From the IMG/VR virus record IMGVR_UViG_2529292887_000009: a DNA stretch of 10,873 nucleotides. One strand, given 5' to 3'. Made by a program: the position numbers and the translations under genes. This DNA comes from a virus (taxonomy: Duplodnaviria > Heunggongvirae > Uroviricota > Caudoviricetes). Below the pieces are notes generated by a model that saw only the letters and a program-made list of their open reading frames with translations, did not search any database and had not been told where the DNA came from. This document shows positions 7,442 through 10,873 of the stretch, one piece after another (position 1 is the stretch's first letter; the number at the start of each line of letters is the position of its first letter).

Positions 7442-7665
7442 GAATAAAAATTCTGAGTTTATTCACATTTCCGCACACTGACTGTAGTGCTCATAATCAC
7501 GCTGCGTTACAGTTCATCTGCCAGAATAATGAAAAATTCCTTAAAGTTAATCTTCGTATCTCTTCCCGCAGGCGCCGAACACTGCGGGATTTTTTTTCAT
7601 CCCCGCCCGATAACCACCACTTTCCCGTCACCGCCCTCATCACGGGTGCTGATGTCCTGGGATAT
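7442..7665. repeat. tandem repeat unit C; its 3' segment is the real 3' end of gene I
   Basis: Block TGAATAAAAATTCTGAGTTTATTCACATTTCCGCACACTGACTGTAGTGCTCATAATCACGCTGCGTTACA followed by the same hairpin plus T8; the T-run abuts the I stop codon (7597-7599). Confidence 0.75.
7564..7597 (+). terminator. plus-strand intrinsic-terminator-like hairpin, repeat unit C (abuts the I stop codon)
   Basis: TCCCGCAG (7564-7571), loop GCGCCGAACA, CTGCGGGA (7582-7589), then T8 (7590-7597). Stem identical to units A and B, loop different. Confidence 0.5.
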
Positions 7666-8277
7666 CCGTCGTGAACCAACCAGCATTTCACCGTAAGGCA
7701 CCGGCATCGGATTCCCCTGAGCAATCATGTTGTCCAGTGACGAAAAATACGTGTTCTGTTTACCGTTATCCGTACTTTTGTATTCCGGCGTCTTTGCCTT
7801 CGGGGCCAGCATCTGGGCCACACCACCCAGTATCATGCTGGCACCCAGTGAGAACAGCATCGTGGTGGCAGTCAGCCCTCCGGCACTCAGGGCTGCGCCC
7901 CACAACGCCATCGTTGCACCGGCGGTGAAGAAAGAGCCCACGATGGCTGCAGCCCCCAGCACCACCTGAAAAACACCATTTCCCCCGGCCCCTGCCAGCC
8001 TCGGTACAATATGAATCACGGCTCTCCCGCTCAGCGGTTCATGAAGACGGGCATACACCGCCTCCGGCGCGGTATCCTCACCGGCAATACGTATCTGGTA
8101 CCAGCCTTCGTTCATCTGACCGCGGAATCCCGGCACCTGCAGCGACAGGGCACGGATGGCCTCCGCTGCCGTGTTCACATACAGGCTGATGCGGCGACCA
8201 AATCGTTGTAAATCCCCGTGAAGGCAGATGCGGACCAGTGGCGGTGACGCCAGACAGAATGCGTTCGTCGTTGCCAT
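7597..8277 (-). CDS. I: tail assembly protein I, 226 aa
   Basis: Collinear similarity to lambda gpI (ICLHGDLQRFGRRI, GAVIHIVPR.AGA, TDNGKQNTYFSSLDNM.AQGN, YGEM.VGSR). ATG at 8275-8277; overlaps the 3' end of K by about 100 nt, as in lambda. Confidence 0.9.
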   Translation of the reverse strand: MATTNAFCLASPPLVRICLHGDLQRFGRRISLYVNTAAEAIRALSLQVPGFRGQMNEGWYQIRIAGEDTAPEAVYARLHEPLSGRAVIHIVPRLAGAGGNGVFQVVLGAAAIVGSFFTAGATMALWGAALSAGGLTATTMLFSLGASMILGGVAQMLAPKAKTPEYKSTDNGKQNTYFSSLDNMIAQGNPMPVPYGEMLVGSRRISQDISTRDEGGDGKVVVIGRG

Positions 8278-8918
8278 TTCTCTGAATACCTCTCCCGTTT
8301 ACTCAGTTGTTCAGGTATATGGTGAAGCAGCTCACCGTTGCCACAGTAAATGGCGGCATGATTCGGCACCGATGCGCCAAAGCAGCACAGCAGGATATCG
8401 CCTGCCTGTGCAGAGGACAGGGACACCCGGCAAAAGCCGGTGGCCTCCATATTGTCCAGGTACAGGTTCTGGCCGTTGCGCCACCAGTCATCCTCGCGGT
8501 GAAAATCCGGCAGCGTTATCCCCGCCAGATGGTATGCATCCCGGAACAGGGTGTAACAGTCCGTCACACCGTGTTCAAAGCGCCGTCCGGTCAGGTGCGG
8601 CACACAGCGGAACCGGTGAATTTCACCCCGGCAGACCAGCCACCAGGGCAGGGCACTCTTTATCTGCAGCCGCCGGTCCGCCTCGCTCAGCCAGGGCAGA
8701 CCACCGGGATGACTGTGGACCAGCGCCACAATCTCCCCCTGCATCTGTGCCTGCAGCCAGTCCTCCGGCGCAATACGAAAATACGCCTCCGGCTCTGCGG
8801 AGATATTCACGCAGGGCTGGTACCGTTCGCCCTCCGGGGTGCTTATCACGAAGCCGCACGACTCCGCTGGCGCACACCGCCGGGCATGCGCCAGAATCGC
8901 TGATTCAGTCTGTGTCAT
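8175..8918 (-). CDS. K: tail assembly protein K (JAMM/MPN metalloprotease-like plus NlpC/P60-like domains), 247 aa
   Basis: Translation from the ATG at 8916-8918: MTQTESAILAHARRCAPAESCGFV... with JAMM motif HSHPGGLPWLSEAD and the K-like segment HLTGRRFEHGVTDCYTLFRDAYHLAG. The track ORF (start 9179) overlaps L and is too long; start chosen 10 nt after the L stop. A later start, as in some lambda K annotations, cannot be excluded. Confidence 0.85.
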   Translation of the reverse strand: MTQTESAILAHARRCAPAESCGFVISTPEGERYQPCVNISAEPEAYFRIAPEDWLQAQMQGEIVALVHSHPGGLPWLSEADRRLQIKSALPWWLVCRGEIHRFRCVPHLTGRRFEHGVTDCYTLFRDAYHLAGITLPDFHREDDWWRNGQNLYLDNMEATGFCRVSLSSAQAGDILLCCFGASVPNHAAIYCGNGELLHHIPEQLSKRERYSEKWQRRTHSVWRHRHWSASAFTGIYNDLVAASACM

Positions 8919-8928
8919 AAAACGGGAT

Positions 8929-9627
8929 TTACTGCGAAAGTTTATTAATGGAAAGGAAACCGCCGAAATTAGCCACCATGCCGCGCATCTCACACCCGCG
9001 CATGCATTTACTGCATCTGTCCTTCCGGATATCCGTGGTGGGGTTGTCGAACTCATCCGCCACTGCCGGACCGTTATACCCGCATTCATCGCCCCGGTAA
9101 TCCCACATACAGGTGTTCGCCAGCATGATGCGACCGGGAAACAGCGCACCGTCCGTCTCCGTCGGTGTCGCCAGCACAAACGAGGCCGTCATGGCCGTCA
9201 GCGCTGACATCTGCTCCACCACCCACCGGTCCGTCAGCTCCTGCTCCGGGTCGGCCTCCGGATTGCCTGCCACAAAGTTCACCGCATCCAGAAAACGCGC
9301 ATACACCCGGCGACGGACCACCGTGGCACCCACCAGGCTCTGCAAATCCTCCGCCATCCCGGTGACAAGGCCGAAAAGATTGGACACTGTCAGCGACGGG
9401 CGGGCACTGCTGCCCTTTCCGTTCATCTCAAAGCCACTCCCCTCAATCGGGTACGCCTGATATTCACGCCCCTGCCAGGTCACCGGCTCCCCTTTTTCAT
9501 TCAGCTCATTGCAGAAAAAATACCGCTCACCGCCCTGCACCGTCAGGTCGATTTCCCAGAGCACCACCCGCGGTGACTGCTCTGACTTAACCGACTCGTT
9601 CAGGCTTGCTTCGTGAATATCCTGCAT
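8929..9627 (-). CDS. L: minor tail protein L, 232 aa
   Basis: Same length as lambda gpL; C-terminal Cys cluster (C-x8-C ... C-x2-C-x3-C) consistent with the Fe-S binding region of gpL. Its ATG (9625-9627) overlaps the M stop in a TGATG arrangement. Confidence 0.9.
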   Translation of the reverse strand: MQDIHEASLNESVKSEQSPRVVLWEIDLTVQGGERYFFCNELNEKGEPVTWQGREYQAYPIEGSGFEMNGKGSSARPSLTVSNLFGLVTGMAEDLQSLVGATVVRRRVYARFLDAVNFVAGNPEADPEQELTDRWVVEQMSALTAMTASFVLATPTETDGALFPGRIMLANTCMWDYRGDECGYNGPAVADEFDNPTTDIRKDRCSKCMRGCEMRGMVANFGGFLSINKLSQ

Positions 9628-9956
9628 CAGTTCACCACCTGCTTAAACTCCGCGCTGAACTCAACGCGCAACATCCCGACCCGCGCAGACCACCCGGCAC
9701 AGGTCACCTTTATCTGCCGGTATGCATAGGGTGGCTTCCACAAAAATGCCTTCCAGCCCCCGTGCTCTGCCAGGAACGCTTCCAGATGCCGGGCCTCCTC
9801 CCGGCTCACGGAAAGCATCACCCGGTATGTTTTCAGGTCAGCATTCAGCCCTGCCGCCATACGCTGTGAGTACCCGTCACCAAAACGCACTTCACGCACC
9901 GACGGCTGCGAGTTCACCTCCATATCCGGCTTCACTTTCCAGCGAAAGGTTTTCAT
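9627..9956 (-). CDS. M: minor tail protein M, 109 aa
   Basis: MKTFRWKVKP...VRFGDGYSQR...LKTY.V.LSV.REEA..LE.FL.EHGGWK.FLW.PPY..RQIKVTCA.WS.RV.MLRVEFSAEF.QVVN: same length and near-identical pattern to lambda gpM. Its ATG overlaps the H stop (ATGA). Confidence 0.9.
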   Translation of the reverse strand: MKTFRWKVKPDMEVNSQPSVREVRFGDGYSQRMAAGLNADLKTYRVMLSVSREEARHLEAFLAEHGGWKAFLWKPPYAYRQIKVTCAGWSARVGMLRVEFSAEFKQVVN

Positions 9957-10873
9957 CGCCCGCTCCCTGATAACATACCGCCATCACGCAACTGCAGCCG
10001 GAGCTCATCCTGCGCCCCCTTGCGGGCCATGTCATACACCGCCTTCATCAGCTGCGGCCCCGCCTGTCCGTTGATACCGTCGTTCTGAATCACCACGTGA
10101 TTGTTCTGATTAAAATTAATACCTTCCGCCCGCCGCATCTGCGCCGGACTTCCGGCACCACCCACATAACCCCCTTCCGCATAGCCGCGCATCAGACGGT
10201 AAAGATTCCCCACGCCTATCCGGCTGGTTGCCTCCTTCGTGAAGACAAACTCCCCGCGGTGAACTATCCCCGCAGGCTCATATTTGCCGCCCGTGCCCGT
10301 AAATCCGCCGGTCGCAAAATGAAAGTTCGCCGCCGCAGCCTGAATGGCTGTCCCCGTGGAAGCGGATGCGCCAGCACCACCAATGGCTCCCCCGATGGCG
10401 CTGCCGATACGCCCGACAATGCCCACCATGGCCTGTTTAAGCAGAATTTCTGTCATCATGGACAGCACCGAACGGGTGAATCCCCGCCAGTTCTGTTCGC
10501 TGCCGGTCAGCATCGCCGCCATATTCTGTGCAATACCATCAAAGGTCTGCGTGGCCACACTTTTAACCTGCGAAAAACTGTCCGTCGCACTTTCCGCCCA
10601 CTCGCCCCAGCCGGACTTCAGCCCGGCCAGCCAGTCACCGCGCAGCATGTCTTCATCCGCCCATGTCTGTTTCAGTGCCCCGGTGACCCGGGCCAGCGCC
10701 TGCGGATTACCGCCATACATGTCACGAAGACGCTGCGCTTCAGACTCCCGCTGCGCCTGACGGTCAGTGAGACCGCGGGCTTTTGCGCTGATGGCGGCCT
10801 GCTTCGCGCTCTGTTGCTCTTCAAACCGTGCTGCCTGCTGTGCAAGTTCATTCAGGCGTTTCTGGTGCTCCAC
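9953..10873 (-). CDS. H: tail length tape measure protein H, C-terminal about 306 aa (5' end lies beyond the window)
   Basis: The ORF runs to the window edge with no true start; Gly/Ala-rich segment (GRIGSAIGGAIGGAGASASTG...) and C-terminal region typical of the lambda gpH C-terminus; followed by M, L, K, I, J in lambda order. Confidence 0.85.
   Translation of the reverse strand: MEHQKRLNELAQQAARFEEQQSAKQAAISAKARGLTDRQAQRESEAQRLRDMYGGNPQALARVTGALKQTWADEDMLRGDWLAGLKSGWGEWAESATDSFSQVKSVATQTFDGIAQNMAAMLTGSEQNWRGFTRSVLSMMTEILLKQAMVGIVGRIGSAIGGAIGGAGASASTGTAIQAAAANFHFATGGFTGTGGKYEPAGIVHRGEFVFTKEATSRIGVGNLYRLMRGYAEGGYVGGAGSPAQMRRAEGINFNQNNHVVIQNDGINGQAGPQLMKAVYDMARKGAQDELRLQLRDGGMLSGSGR

Noticed and set aside
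6993-7600. Possible CRISPR array
   Set aside because: Units are about 225 bp with internal structure, not 25-40 bp direct repeats alternating with unique spacers; no cas genes present.
7487-7696. 69-aa plus-strand ORF across repeat unit C and the 3' end of I
   Set aside because: Non-ATG start, runs through the terminator hairpin and antisense to I; not conserved in units A or B.

Overview
This window is the distal tail module of a lambda-like (lambdoid siphovirus) prophage, most likely from an enterobacterial host, encoded almost entirely on the minus strand. Reading in the direction of transcription (right to left): tape measure protein H (C-terminal part, cut by the window edge), M, L, K, I, a triplicated ~225 bp non-coding repeat array, J (tail tip / host specificity), a small Hok/Gef-family type I toxin gene in the position where lambda carries lom, side tail fiber (stf) with collagen-like repeats, and tail fiber assembly chaperone (tfa). 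A convergent plus-strand dinI-like gene sits at the left edge. Two things stand out: (1) the I-J junction, about 60 bp in lambda, is expanded to about 700 bp by three tandem repeat units, each with a conserved-stem/variable-loop hairpin plus T-run oriented antisense to the tail operon; (2) a 46-codon hok-like toxin gene with its own strong ribosome binding site and a flanking terminator, with no mok-like frame and no identifiable antitoxin RNA. All homology calls rest on recalled lambda and Hok/DinI family sequences and motifs visible in the translations; no database search or folding calculation was possible. Most plus-strand ORFs in the supplied track are antisense shadows of the real minus-strand genes.
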